A stretch of 64,000 bases of DNA from Candidatus Latescibacterota bacterium (GTDB lineage: Bacteria; Latescibacterota; UBA2968), in assembly GCA_965198115.1 (NCBI GenBank), contig OZ240241.1:1184001-1248000 (forward strand). Direction: 5' to 3'. The first letter of the stretch is position 1. Every line of letters begins with the position of its first letter. Under the pieces are notes generated by a model. The model was not told the DNA's origin, searched no databases, and saw only the letters and a program-made list of their open reading frames with translations. Below, in pieces: positions 30,382 to 39,292 of the stretch. Both the position numbers and the translations under genes were made by a program.

Positions 30382-31290
30382 TCAAGAGGGAAGCGTGGCT
30401 TTCGTCTTCCTCAGCTGTTTGAGCAGCTTTCGCACATCTCCCATGGCGGGATCCAGTCCAATCGCCATGTTCAGAGCAGAGATTGCGGCATCGAGATCCT
30501 CGATGCTTTCGGTGTCCTGGTACTTGTAGGTATATCCGAGTCCGATTACGTGATTCGCCCGGGCTTTCATATTCGCACTCAGGTGTTCGTTCGCGAGGGC
30601 GTCTTCGGCTGTGTCGATCGCCTGATCGAATGCACCCGACCGAAACTGGTAGAACGACGCGAACACCTTCGCCTTGGAAAGGACGGCTCGATCCTCACCG
30701 TACTCGATACCCCGGGTCACGACCTCGAGCGCCTCTTTGTAGCGACGGAGACCTTCCAACATTCGCGCGACTTCGACCGAGTGAGCACAGAGCAAGTCTT
30801 TCGCCTTGCGGTCCTCAGGAACAGGGCGGAAGACGTAGCTGCTCCAAATCGAATCTTGGAACGCCCAGGCGTCTAAAACACGTTCAACCATGTTCTGATC
30901 TCGCCGGGTCGCCGCCGCGCGCCCCCAAAGACGGGTCTTCTGGTAGAGGTGCATACTGACACCCCGCATCGCCGGGGGATAGCTGGGGGCAGCCTGCAGG
31001 ATTTCGGTGCCGATGATGTAAACCGAGTCCCCGACGGCGGTGGCTAGGGCGCCCGCTCTCTCCTCGATCGCCAACAACTGCTCAGCCCTGTTCCTGGCCC
31101 TGCGACCGGAGGGCGTTCCTGCGAACGTCTCTGCAACACGCTGGTAACCTTCGATTGCGTTTCTGATGTCCTGGATCTGCTCTTCTAAATCCCGTGCGTG
31201 GCCCACTTCGTAGGCAGCCTGCTGTTCACGGTCCTCACACGATACGACCAGAATAATCGCCGCCAAGAGATACACACATCTGCCGATCAT
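30382..31290 (-). CDS. TPR-containing lipoprotein
   Basis: Lipobox-like LVVSC, helical repeats, AIGLDP motif. Confidence 0.7.
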   Translation of the reverse strand: MIGRCVYLLAAIILVVSCEDREQQAAYEVGHARDLEEQIQDIRNAIEGYQRVAETFAGTPSGRRARNRAEQLLAIEERAGALATAVGDSVYIIGTEILQAAPSYPPAMRGVSMHLYQKTRLWGRAAATRRDQNMVERVLDAWAFQDSIWSSYVFRPVPEDRKAKDLLCAHSVEVARMLEGLRRYKEALEVVTRGIEYGEDRAVLSKAKVFASFYQFRSGAFDQAIDTAEDALANEHLSANMKARANHVIGLGYTYKYQDTESIEDLDAAISALNMAIGLDPAMGDVRKLLKQLRKTKATLPS

Positions 31291-31308
31291 TGCGTCCTCC
31301 ACCAACAG

Positions 31309-32277
31309 TTATTCGACATCGGCCCTCAACACCACTTCGGGCCGCTTCTTCTGCTTCATTCGATCCACGAGTCTTCGATTGAATTCGTGCGCCGTATGAT
31401 GCCCCTGAATCTTCAACTGGTAATTCATCGCGATTGCTTCCGCGATCACCGTGATGTTCTTTCCTGGATAGATCGGAACGGTGACCTGAGGCACCTCCAC
31501 ATCCAGGATCGAAACCCAATCCTCCTCGAGACCGATTCGGTCGAACCCCGTGGACTCGTTCCATTCAACGAGCTTCACAATGACCTCGACGCGCTTTTGC
31601 AGACGTGTCGCTCTTACACCGAACATGCTTCGCACGTCGAGAATCCCAAGACCTCGAATCTCCATATGGTCCCTGAGTGTCTCGCCACTCGTGCCCACGA
31701 GAAGGCCCTGGAGCTTTCGAGAAACGAGCACGACGTCGTCGGCCACGAGTCGATGTCCCCGTTCGACAAGGTCAAGGGCGATCTCGCTCTTTCCGATTCC
31801 ACTGCGCCCCATGAGGAGGAGGCCGATGCCGTAGACATCGACCAACGAACCGTGAAGCGCGGTGTGTGGCGCGAAGACGTCATCGAGATAAAGCGAAAAG
31901 AGGTGCGCGAACTTCGTGGTTGAGTAGGACGTTGTGAGTAGAGGGATGTTGCGTTCTTCGGAAAGTCTTTTCAGTGCAGGCAGTACCTCGTTCCCATCCG
32001 TCAGGATGACCGTCGGGATGTCGAACTGATAAACGGTTTCCAAGACTTCGGGCTGTCGCTCCTTCGGTAAGCTCAGGATGTAGAGCATCTCTGTGTTTCC
32101 GAAGACCTGAGCCCGATCGAACGTGAACAGCCCGACGAAACCCGACAGGGCCAAACCCGGTCGGTGGACGTCGCTCGAAACCAGCTCGTTCGACAGCCCC
32201 TCACTCCCGGCCTCGAGGGTTAAATCCAGTCTCTCACCGAAGAGTTCGATCGCCTCCCCGACCGTGATGCTATCCAC
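31309..32277 (-). CDS. hprK: HPr kinase/phosphorylase
   Basis: RPGL, HGSLV, GRSGIGKSE, LVADD, MEIRGLGI. Confidence 0.96.
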   Translation of the reverse strand: MDSITVGEAIELFGERLDLTLEAGSEGLSNELVSSDVHRPGLALSGFVGLFTFDRAQVFGNTEMLYILSLPKERQPEVLETVYQFDIPTVILTDGNEVLPALKRLSEERNIPLLTTSYSTTKFAHLFSLYLDDVFAPHTALHGSLVDVYGIGLLLMGRSGIGKSEIALDLVERGHRLVADDVVLVSRKLQGLLVGTSGETLRDHMEIRGLGILDVRSMFGVRATRLQKRVEVIVKLVEWNESTGFDRIGLEEDWVSILDVEVPQVTVPIYPGKNITVIAEAIAMNYQLKIQGHHTAHEFNRRLVDRMKQKKRPEVVLRADVE

Positions 32278-32279
32278 AG

Positions 32280-32633
32280 CTATTCTCCGTCGCCTATCGG
32301 CTGTGTCTGGGTCTCGGGACGATGTCCACGGCGTTTGTCGTGGAGCCGCTTCAGCTGCCGCCCCATCTTACCTAGGGAGACATCGACGGCCGTATAGACT
32401 TTGTCGGCTGACCCGGTGGATTTCAGCGTTTGCGAAGAGACGTTGACGACAGTGTCGGTCCTGAACTGATGTGTCTCCTGGTGGATCGTCACGCTGACGT
32501 CAATGAGTGGTGTGTAGAATCGTTCCAGCTTGGAAACCGTTTCTTCGACGTGTTCACGGATCGCTTCTGAAATATCGAAGTGATGACCCGAAACGCGAAC
32601 TGTCACGACGCCCCCTTTCTTTCGATCAGGCAT
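32280..32633 (-). CDS. hpf: Ribosome hibernation factor HPF/RaiA
   Basis: VSGHHFDISEAIREHV...KLERF...YTAVD...RQLKR; adjacent to hprK. Confidence 0.85.
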   Translation of the reverse strand: MPDRKKGGVVTVRVSGHHFDISEAIREHVEETVSKLERFYTPLIDVSVTIHQETHQFRTDTVVNVSSQTLKSTGSADKVYTAVDVSLGKMGRQLKRLHDKRRGHRPETQTQPIGDGE

Positions 32634-33069
32634 GGTTTGGCTCCCCCGGCGTGAAGCGTTTTCGCATTCTCACCGACGTACCACCCGACTCTGTCGAAAA
32701 GTCCACATCATCCATGAATTCTTTCATCATTAGGATCCCCCGTCCAGAAGGATTCAGCAGATTCTCGCGTCGAAGCGGGTCTGGAACTCCAGCGGGATCG
32801 AACCCGCTCCCCTCGTCTCTAACGATACACGTGAGCGTGTAGGGTTCGGTCACGATTCTGATATGTACGGTCTTTTCCGGATTTTCTTCGTTTCCGTGCT
32901 GGATCGCGTTGTTGACCGCTTCCATGACGGAGATCATCAGGTCCACTTCATCGTCTTCGCCAATCCCGACGCGTTTGCCGGCCTCCTCGATCAGGCCGGC
33001 CACCTTTTCCATGGCATCATAGGTACTCGGAATAGTAAGCTCGAGCACGTCGGGCTTATTTTTCGGCAT
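32626..33069 (-). CDS. RsbW-like anti-sigma factor / Ser-Thr kinase (HATPase_c_2)
   Basis: EAVNNAIQHGN, VRDEGSGFD, GRGILMMKEFMD. Confidence 0.88.
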   Translation of the reverse strand: MPKNKPDVLELTIPSTYDAMEKVAGLIEEAGKRVGIGEDDEVDLMISVMEAVNNAIQHGNEENPEKTVHIRIVTEPYTLTCIVRDEGSGFDPAGVPDPLRRENLLNPSGRGILMMKEFMDDVDFSTESGGTSVRMRKRFTPGEPNHA

Positions 33070-33442
33070 GGACGTCTTTCCCGTGAATGGCGCGTCACCC
33101 TGCCGAGAAGAATCGGCTTTTCGTCCCTTTGGTTGAGACGGCGATTCGAACGCGCTCCGAGCAACGAGGGCACGATGCGGCGTATGCCGTGCCCTTGGCG
33201 TTGAGGTAAGCCCGGGCGTAAACGTTGCAGCACCGAAATAACAGGCCGACAAACGGACGCCTTGTCATGCGGCTAACCTTAATAAGAATAGAGGTTTTCG
33301 CCCGAAAGAATATAATCCAAGGCCGAAGAGCTTGTCAAGCAACGGCCGGTTTAACGGGCCAGACCAACTTGACGCAAAGACGTTCGGGCGAGTATACTTC
33401 GCGCGACTGCGACTCGAATCGACCGGCGAAGGAGAATCTTCA

Positions 33443-34681
33443 GTGCTCGTCATTTTGATGGTTGCTACCCTGGCATGTCTGGTCTTTCTCCTGGGGACCC
33501 ATCTATATCAGCGTCACGGCCTCCCCGCCACGTTCGAGAGCCTTCGGGGCGGACGCTGGCATTTCTTCATACTAGGCGGGGGAGCCGTCTTCCTCATCAC
33601 CGAATTCGCCTTCCCCGTCGCCTCGGCAAGACCCCTCTTCCGGGGTCTCCTGGGCATCGGCCTCACCTGGATCGGGTTTCGAGCCGGCCTCGATTTCGAC
33701 TTCAGGCGATTGCAGCAGGCCAACAGGGGGCAAGTTCGCCGTGAGGTCATTCTGCTCCTCGCCGCATTCCTCTCCCTGTTCGTGGTCCTCGCCCTCTTGA
33801 TTCCGCCGGTTTCAGCCTTCCTCTCGATCGACCGTGGTGTCTACGTGGCGGTCCTCGTCCTTTCGGTCATCGGCCTGACTGCCCGATCTTCGAGATTTTT
33901 CGGTGTCACAACAGGCAAACCGATCGCACCGGTCGCGTCGGCTGTTTCGTTCATGGCGAATCCGACAGCGGTTTTGCTCCTGGGCATCCTGTATCCGGTC
34001 GTAGCTACGCCGAGCCTGAGTCACCTGGGCCCGTTTCGAATCGCTGGTTATCTCCCGACGATCGCTGTTTTGATTTTCCTCGGTCTTCTCCTTGGAATGA
34101 TGGTGGACTTCGTGTTCCGCGCCCACCGAAACGGCCAACGATGCACGTTCCTCACGCTATCCGCCTGTGCTGCGATCGCCGGGCCGTGTCTGCAGCTGGG
34201 ATTCCCGGTGATCGTGACTGGATTCGTGGGAGGTGTCTGGGTCATCAACACGACCGTGCGTAAGCGGGAAATTTCAGAACTCGCCGAATACGCCTCGAGC
34301 ATCGTCGAGCCCGTCTTCGTCCTGTTCCTCGGCGCGCTGACCGCCACCGATCATCTGGCCGGAAGCATCGACCCGAAAATGGCCGCTGCGATCGCCACTG
34401 GGTTTCTGATTCTGCGGGGAACAGCCCGATCGACGAGGTCGCTCGTGGCACTCGCAGCACGTGTCCGACCGAGTCGCGGTCCCGTCCACGCGATCCAGGC
34501 GTGGTTGCCCCTCGGAAGAACATCGATCGGGCTCATTGCCCAGCTCGCGCTGTTTCCGATGGATGTCCCACTGCTCGTGACCGGACTGCTTCTGGCTGTC
34601 GTCTTGTCGCAGTCGATCGTTCTGCCGGCGCGGGTCACGGGGCCGGGTGTGGCCACCGCCCAGAACGGAGCGGCCACGTGA
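33443..34681 (+). CDS. Multi-pass membrane protein, cation/proton antiporter-like
   Basis: Many TM segments, WIGFRAGLDFD; overlaps the next gene (GTGA). Confidence 0.6.
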   Translation: MLVILMVATLACLVFLLGTHLYQRHGLPATFESLRGGRWHFFILGGGAVFLITEFAFPVASARPLFRGLLGIGLTWIGFRAGLDFDFRRLQQANRGQVRREVILLLAAFLSLFVVLALLIPPVSAFLSIDRGVYVAVLVLSVIGLTARSSRFFGVTTGKPIAPVASAVSFMANPTAVLLLGILYPVVATPSLSHLGPFRIAGYLPTIAVLIFLGLLLGMMVDFVFRAHRNGQRCTFLTLSACAAIAGPCLQLGFPVIVTGFVGGVWVINTTVRKREISELAEYASSIVEPVFVLFLGALTATDHLAGSIDPKMAAAIATGFLILRGTARSTRSLVALAARVRPSRGPVHAIQAWLPLGRTSIGLIAQLALFPMDVPLLVTGLLLAVVLSQSIVLPARVTGPGVATAQNGAAT

Positions 34682-35913
34682 GAAACCTCTTCATCTGCTT
34701 CCTGTTGGCGACGATGGTCTTCCTCGCGCAGCGTGGTCCCGATCCCCTGACCGAACCTTCGACCTACCTGGGCATCATGCTGATCATTCCCATTTTGGGG
34801 GCCCGCCTCTTCAGGAACTGGAGGCTACCTCCCCCCGTCGGCGCCCTCGCTGCGGGATTCATGTTGGGTCCGACAGGGCTCCTGTCCTCCTCGGTGCTGG
34901 CAACGATCGAACCGTTCACGGCACTTGCGTACGCCTGGGTGGGCACTCATCTGGGGGTGATCTGCTCTCGTCCGATCGCACTCAACGGGCGCTCGATCGT
35001 CGCCGCCGCCGCACCCGTGATTGGATGCACCCTCACCGGCACCATTCTGTTCTCGTGGCTCTACCCCCTCGACCTCAGGGAAGCCCTTCGTGTGGGCCTC
35101 CTCGCCTCGATGACGGCGCCAATCTTCGTTCAGCTGACGGTGCCCTATCGTCGAGAGCCCCTTGCTCAGGCGAGTCTGGTCTCCCTGGTCGTGCTCCTCC
35201 TGCTGGCCTTGACCGCGCTCCCCGAACTGGGGATGCCGAGTCTCGGCAAGCGGGATGTTCTGGCGGCGGGCTTCGTCGTTCTGCTGCTCGAGCTGGGCTA
35301 CCGGTGCTATCGATCGGTCCGCACCGAACCCGGTCGGTATGTCCTGTTCATCCTTCTATCCGGCGCCCTCACGAGTCTGTCGCTTCAGCAGGACGTACAC
35401 CCCCTCCTGTTGGGGAGTGGATTCGGCCTGGTGTTCGGGCTTCGGGCGCGCAAGTTTCGGGACGGATTCAAGCCGCTGGAGGAGAGTTCGGTCTATCTTG
35501 GACCCTTCATACTGGGGAGTCTTGCAGCCGGTCTGGAACCCAACCGACTGTTGGCGCTCGGACCAGTCGAGTGGGAATTCGCGGTCGTCTATGTCGTCAC
35601 GCTTGTCGTGGGGAAAACGATCGGAGGAATGTTAGGCAGTCGTCTCACGGGTGCGCCGCTGGGCATCTGGGCCCTGAGCTATGCCCAGGGTGTCGCTTTG
35701 CCCTTGCTGCTCCCTTCGATCGTGCCCACGCGTCTGTTCCTCGGGGCGCGCGCCCACGACCCGACGCTGTTCCTGACCGCGCTCGTTTTTCTCGCGGGTG
35801 TGCTTCCGGCCATCGCTGTTTCGGTAAGAACAGGGCTCGGACAGGGTACGGGCAGTCAGCCCGTGGTTCTTAGGGAACGCGCAGCCGCTTCCGGTGGCAT
35901 CGGATTGGTGTAG
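34678..35913 (+). CDS. Second multi-pass membrane protein, cation/proton antiporter-like
   Basis: LAAGFMLGP and VGKTIGG are CPA2-like; many TM segments. Confidence 0.6.
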   Translation: MRNLFICFLLATMVFLAQRGPDPLTEPSTYLGIMLIIPILGARLFRNWRLPPPVGALAAGFMLGPTGLLSSSVLATIEPFTALAYAWVGTHLGVICSRPIALNGRSIVAAAAPVIGCTLTGTILFSWLYPLDLREALRVGLLASMTAPIFVQLTVPYRREPLAQASLVSLVVLLLLALTALPELGMPSLGKRDVLAAGFVVLLLELGYRCYRSVRTEPGRYVLFILLSGALTSLSLQQDVHPLLLGSGFGLVFGLRARKFRDGFKPLEESSVYLGPFILGSLAAGLEPNRLLALGPVEWEFAVVYVVTLVVGKTIGGMLGSRLTGAPLGIWALSYAQGVALPLLLPSIVPTRLFLGARAHDPTLFLTALVFLAGVLPAIAVSVRTGLGQGTGSQPVVLRERAAASGGIGLV

Positions 35914-36881
35914 AATCCGGTGCCCCATTCAAAGCCGGCGATCGGCGTGACGCGGGGAATGATTTCCAGATGCCAGTGGTAGTCGTCCTGGATGGTCGTC
36001 AAATAGTCCGGCAGTCGTGGATCGGATTCTGTGTTCGGGGAAGTATGAAGGACGAAATTATAGGGAGGATCGCGAAGCACCGTTTTGAGCCGGTCGAGCA
36101 CGTGTTGAACGGCCGAACCCAAAGCTGCCAGCGTGGTTTCGTCCGCCAGACTGAAATCGTGACCGTGACGTCTGGGGGCGATCATCACCTCGTAAGGGAA
36201 TCGAGACGCCCACGGTGCCCAAGCAAGAAAGGCGTCCGTTTCAAGGATCACGCGCTCCCGAGACTCCAACTCTTGACGAATGACGTCGCAGAACAGGCAT
36301 CGCGAGTGCTGCAGATAATAGTCACGCGCCGATGTCAGTTCTTGCCGAACCGTGTTGGGTGTGACGGGTAAGCCGATGATCTGGGTGTGCGAGTGGGACA
36401 TGGAGGCACCCGCCTCCACGCCGTGATTCTTGAACACAAGCAGGTAGCGAAGTCGATGGTCGCCGATCAGGTCCCGAATGCGCTCCCGGCACGCACGAAA
36501 AACACGGGCAACCTGATCGGGCGGCAGGTCGGCCAGGTCGGGCTGGGGTGATGGGGCGTCGATCACGACCTCGTGAACACCGACGCCATCCATTTCTTCG
36601 AACAGACCGTTCCGGATGGTCTCTGTGCTGCCCTCGATGCCGAGCACGGGAAACTTGTTCGGAACGACCCGAACCAACCACCCGGGTGTATCGGGTTTAC
36701 GGTCCCCGTCCGCGATGGCGAAGAGTTCCGGGGGTGTGCGCCCCTCGTTCCCCTCGGCGAAGGGCGAAAACGCCATCCTCACATCATCTCGCTCGACGAC
36801 GAAGTCCGCCGGTTCGACCGACCGATCGGTCGAGATAATCACCCACCGACGTTGGATCACATCGTATCTGAGCCTCGACAT
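35856..36881 (-). CDS. galT: Galactose-1-phosphate uridylyltransferase family protein
   Basis: RVVPNKFP, GVHEV, FKNHG..AGAS..HSHTQ, YHWH, AGFEWGTG. Confidence 0.92.
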   Translation of the reverse strand: MSRLRYDVIQRRWVIISTDRSVEPADFVVERDDVRMAFSPFAEGNEGRTPPELFAIADGDRKPDTPGWLVRVVPNKFPVLGIEGSTETIRNGLFEEMDGVGVHEVVIDAPSPQPDLADLPPDQVARVFRACRERIRDLIGDHRLRYLLVFKNHGVEAGASMSHSHTQIIGLPVTPNTVRQELTSARDYYLQHSRCLFCDVIRQELESRERVILETDAFLAWAPWASRFPYEVMIAPRRHGHDFSLADETTLAALGSAVQHVLDRLKTVLRDPPYNFVLHTSPNTESDPRLPDYLTTIQDDYHWHLEIIPRVTPIAGFEWGTGFYTNPMPPEAAARSLRTTG

Positions 36882-36889
36882 CGCCGACC

Positions 36890-38086
36890 TCAGTTCATCC
36901 ATCCCGTGATGGCGAACGTCTGCCTCAGAAACGTCTCGGACGCTCCGTGCTGTTGCGTGCTCCCTCGACGCCCTCCTTCGAGCACCCACCGAAACAGCCC
37001 CGACCCTCGAAACGGAATGGTGACACCGAAGCTTGCGCCCGTTTCGACGATCTGGTCGGCAGTCCCCGTGTCGAAGTAGAGCCCACGCCGGAAACCGCCT
37101 GCGGTCAGTTCGTGCCGGCGCTGGCGATGGATCGGATCTTCCCGTCCAGTCCGGTATAGAATGCCCGCCGCAATCTCGATCGTATCCTTGCTCCGACCCG
37201 TCGTTTCACTCCATCGTGCCATCTCGAAATCCAGAGCAGCGATCCACTTGTCCGAGCGTGTCAGGGCCACACCCCCTCCAACGATGAGGGGCAGGTCGAC
37301 ATCCGTTTCGGTTTCTGCCTGGCCCGGGACGAGACCGATCTGGACGGCTCGCGACTCCCGAAGTGTCCTCTCGGTGATCGTAACCGGTGGCTTGACCGCA
37401 ACACCCAGGTTGATGAAACCTCGACTGAAGACAGCCCCGACGTGAGGTTGGAGACCTCGATACGTCCGTGTGACAAGATCATCGGAGCCGAGGAGGCGTC
37501 GGTCGGTGAAGACTTTCTCCCACGATTCGTTGATGGTGCCGACGACCAGCAAGTCCAGTCGCCCCCCGACGTAGAACTTCTGGCCCGCACGGAACCCCAG
37601 ACCCAACCCGAGAGCCTGTGCGCCCCCCGCTCCCTTAAAACGCACGACACCACGTGCCAAGCCGGATCCCGAGGTATCGACGACAGAGGCGTCCACGTCC
37701 GACACGGGCTCTAACACCACACCCAGTACGGTCCCTCGCCCCAAGGGCAACACCAGTCGCAGACCGCCGATGTCCCCGTCGGCAACGGCCTCGCTCTGGC
37801 CAGCGAAGTCACTCACCGACCTCCGCTGTGCGACGTAGGTCGCCGAAAACGCCGATCTTTCGAAGGACGCGATCAATGCAGGGTTCGCGCTGCTGAAATT
37901 GCGACCGTCGACAATCGCGCGTCCCGCGCCGCCCATGCCTGTCGATCGGCTGTCTACACGACGGATGAGGTAGCCCAAATCCTGGAATGAAAACACCGAG
38001 GCAGCCTCGCTGCTGTTCACCGCTATCAGGCATAGAACGACCAACATCAGCCCCGTCGGGACGCTCTGGCGGATGGGGCTAACCAT
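36890..38086 (-). CDS. Outer-membrane beta-barrel protein (FadL/TodX-like N-terminus)
   Basis: Signal peptide, RSTGMGGAG..., NPA motif, amphipathic strands. Confidence 0.65.
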   Translation of the reverse strand: MVSPIRQSVPTGLMLVVLCLIAVNSSEAASVFSFQDLGYLIRRVDSRSTGMGGAGRAIVDGRNFSSANPALIASFERSAFSATYVAQRRSVSDFAGQSEAVADGDIGGLRLVLPLGRGTVLGVVLEPVSDVDASVVDTSGSGLARGVVRFKGAGGAQALGLGLGFRAGQKFYVGGRLDLLVVGTINESWEKVFTDRRLLGSDDLVTRTYRGLQPHVGAVFSRGFINLGVAVKPPVTITERTLRESRAVQIGLVPGQAETETDVDLPLIVGGGVALTRSDKWIAALDFEMARWSETTGRSKDTIEIAAGILYRTGREDPIHRQRRHELTAGGFRRGLYFDTGTADQIVETGASFGVTIPFRGSGLFRWVLEGGRRGSTQQHGASETFLRQTFAITGWMN

Positions 38087-39260
38087 CAGACTCGGGCGGA
38101 AGCGTGTAGATCAGCCGTAGCTTCGGGTTTCTGATTTCGAGCCACTCGTATCTCCCCTCGAAGAACGGGAACAGTGCGATACCCTGGTTCTCGACAAGAC
38201 CCGATACCCACGCCTGGACGAGGAAATGATCCACCCTGAACAGGATGGCCGTGCTCGTCCCAGTAGCGACAAACGAGCTAAACGCATCCTGGACGCGGAC
38301 AAACGTCGTATCCTGCCCCGTTCTGTCGACGTCCACGCGCCGGATGTTCACGGTCAGATCGTCCGATAGCGAGGCGTCCAGGTCAACATCGGCGGACACC
38401 TGTGCGAAATTGACCGTCGCGTCAGCAGGAATGGCAGGCAGGTCGAAGCGCAGATGCACGGATCGGGCGACCCCCGTCTGAAGAATCAGCGCACCTTCCT
38501 TGACCGCCTCTTCGCGCAGCCCGTAATACGTATCCTCGGACAGGGGCAGCGCCACCCGCTCCCCGGATGTTGTGGTCAACCTGAGAAACGGTCTTTTTGC
38601 GAGTGCTTCCGCATCGGGTGCGCCATCTTCGTTGCGGTCGATGAAGAACTCCCGCGACGCTGCGACAATCAGGTAGTCCTCGAGCGGACCCTCGACAGGC
38701 GCAAGACCGAATACGATGTCAGGCCGGTTCCCGGCCAGCGCATCCTGGACCATCGCTGGGGGAATAGTCAGCGTCAGAACAGAGTCTTCCCTCACTTCAG
38801 GCAAATGCGGCGATTCGATCGCCACTTCGAAGGCGACCTCGTTTCCGGAAGTATCAACGAAGGAGGTTGCCTCACTCCAGACGGTGCTGGCAGACAGAAG
38901 CGAGATTCCCCCCTCCCCTCGCTGGCCCGTCGTCACGAGCGACAGGACGATCTCTGCGCCCGCAATGTTCTCGCTCTGAATGGGTACGGATGCGGAGTCG
39001 AATCGTGCCCGAAGCAGTGAACGATACGCCACACCGTGCATCCGACCGATGATCAGTTCTCCGTCAGCACCCAGAATAAAACGGGTGAGTCCGTCAAAGT
39101 GGGTACTGGCATTCGCGGCGCTCGACGGAGGAATCTCAACCGTCTCTCCGACAGCCTGTTCCAACAAATTCAAGCCCACGGGGGTGGGATCCGTCGACCC
39201 GCAGGCACCGGCGAGAAGTAGCGTGAAGCCATATATCGATATGTGTAGAAGTCGCCTCAT
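38079..39260 (-). CDS. Lipoprotein of unknown function (DUF4270-like)
   Basis: Lipobox LAGAC, P..VGLNLL after the Cys, C-terminal PKLRLIYT; next to a glucan-synthase-like gene. Confidence 0.6.
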   Translation of the reverse strand: MRRLLHISIYGFTLLLAGACGSTDPTPVGLNLLEQAVGETVEIPPSSAANASTHFDGLTRFILGADGELIIGRMHGVAYRSLLRARFDSASVPIQSENIAGAEIVLSLVTTGQRGEGGISLLSASTVWSEATSFVDTSGNEVAFEVAIESPHLPEVREDSVLTLTIPPAMVQDALAGNRPDIVFGLAPVEGPLEDYLIVAASREFFIDRNEDGAPDAEALAKRPFLRLTTTSGERVALPLSEDTYYGLREEAVKEGALILQTGVARSVHLRFDLPAIPADATVNFAQVSADVDLDASLSDDLTVNIRRVDVDRTGQDTTFVRVQDAFSSFVATGTSTAILFRVDHFLVQAWVSGLVENQGIALFPFFEGRYEWLEIRNPKLRLIYTLPPESDG

Positions 39261-39292
39261 AGGCTTTCTTACGCCTGAACACACGTCAGGAT

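Noticed and set aside
33095-33135. c-di-GMP-I riboswitch (GGGACGAAAAGCC on the minus strand)
   Set aside because: The upstream GGCAAA plus GNRA tetraloop stem is missing; only a short partial match.
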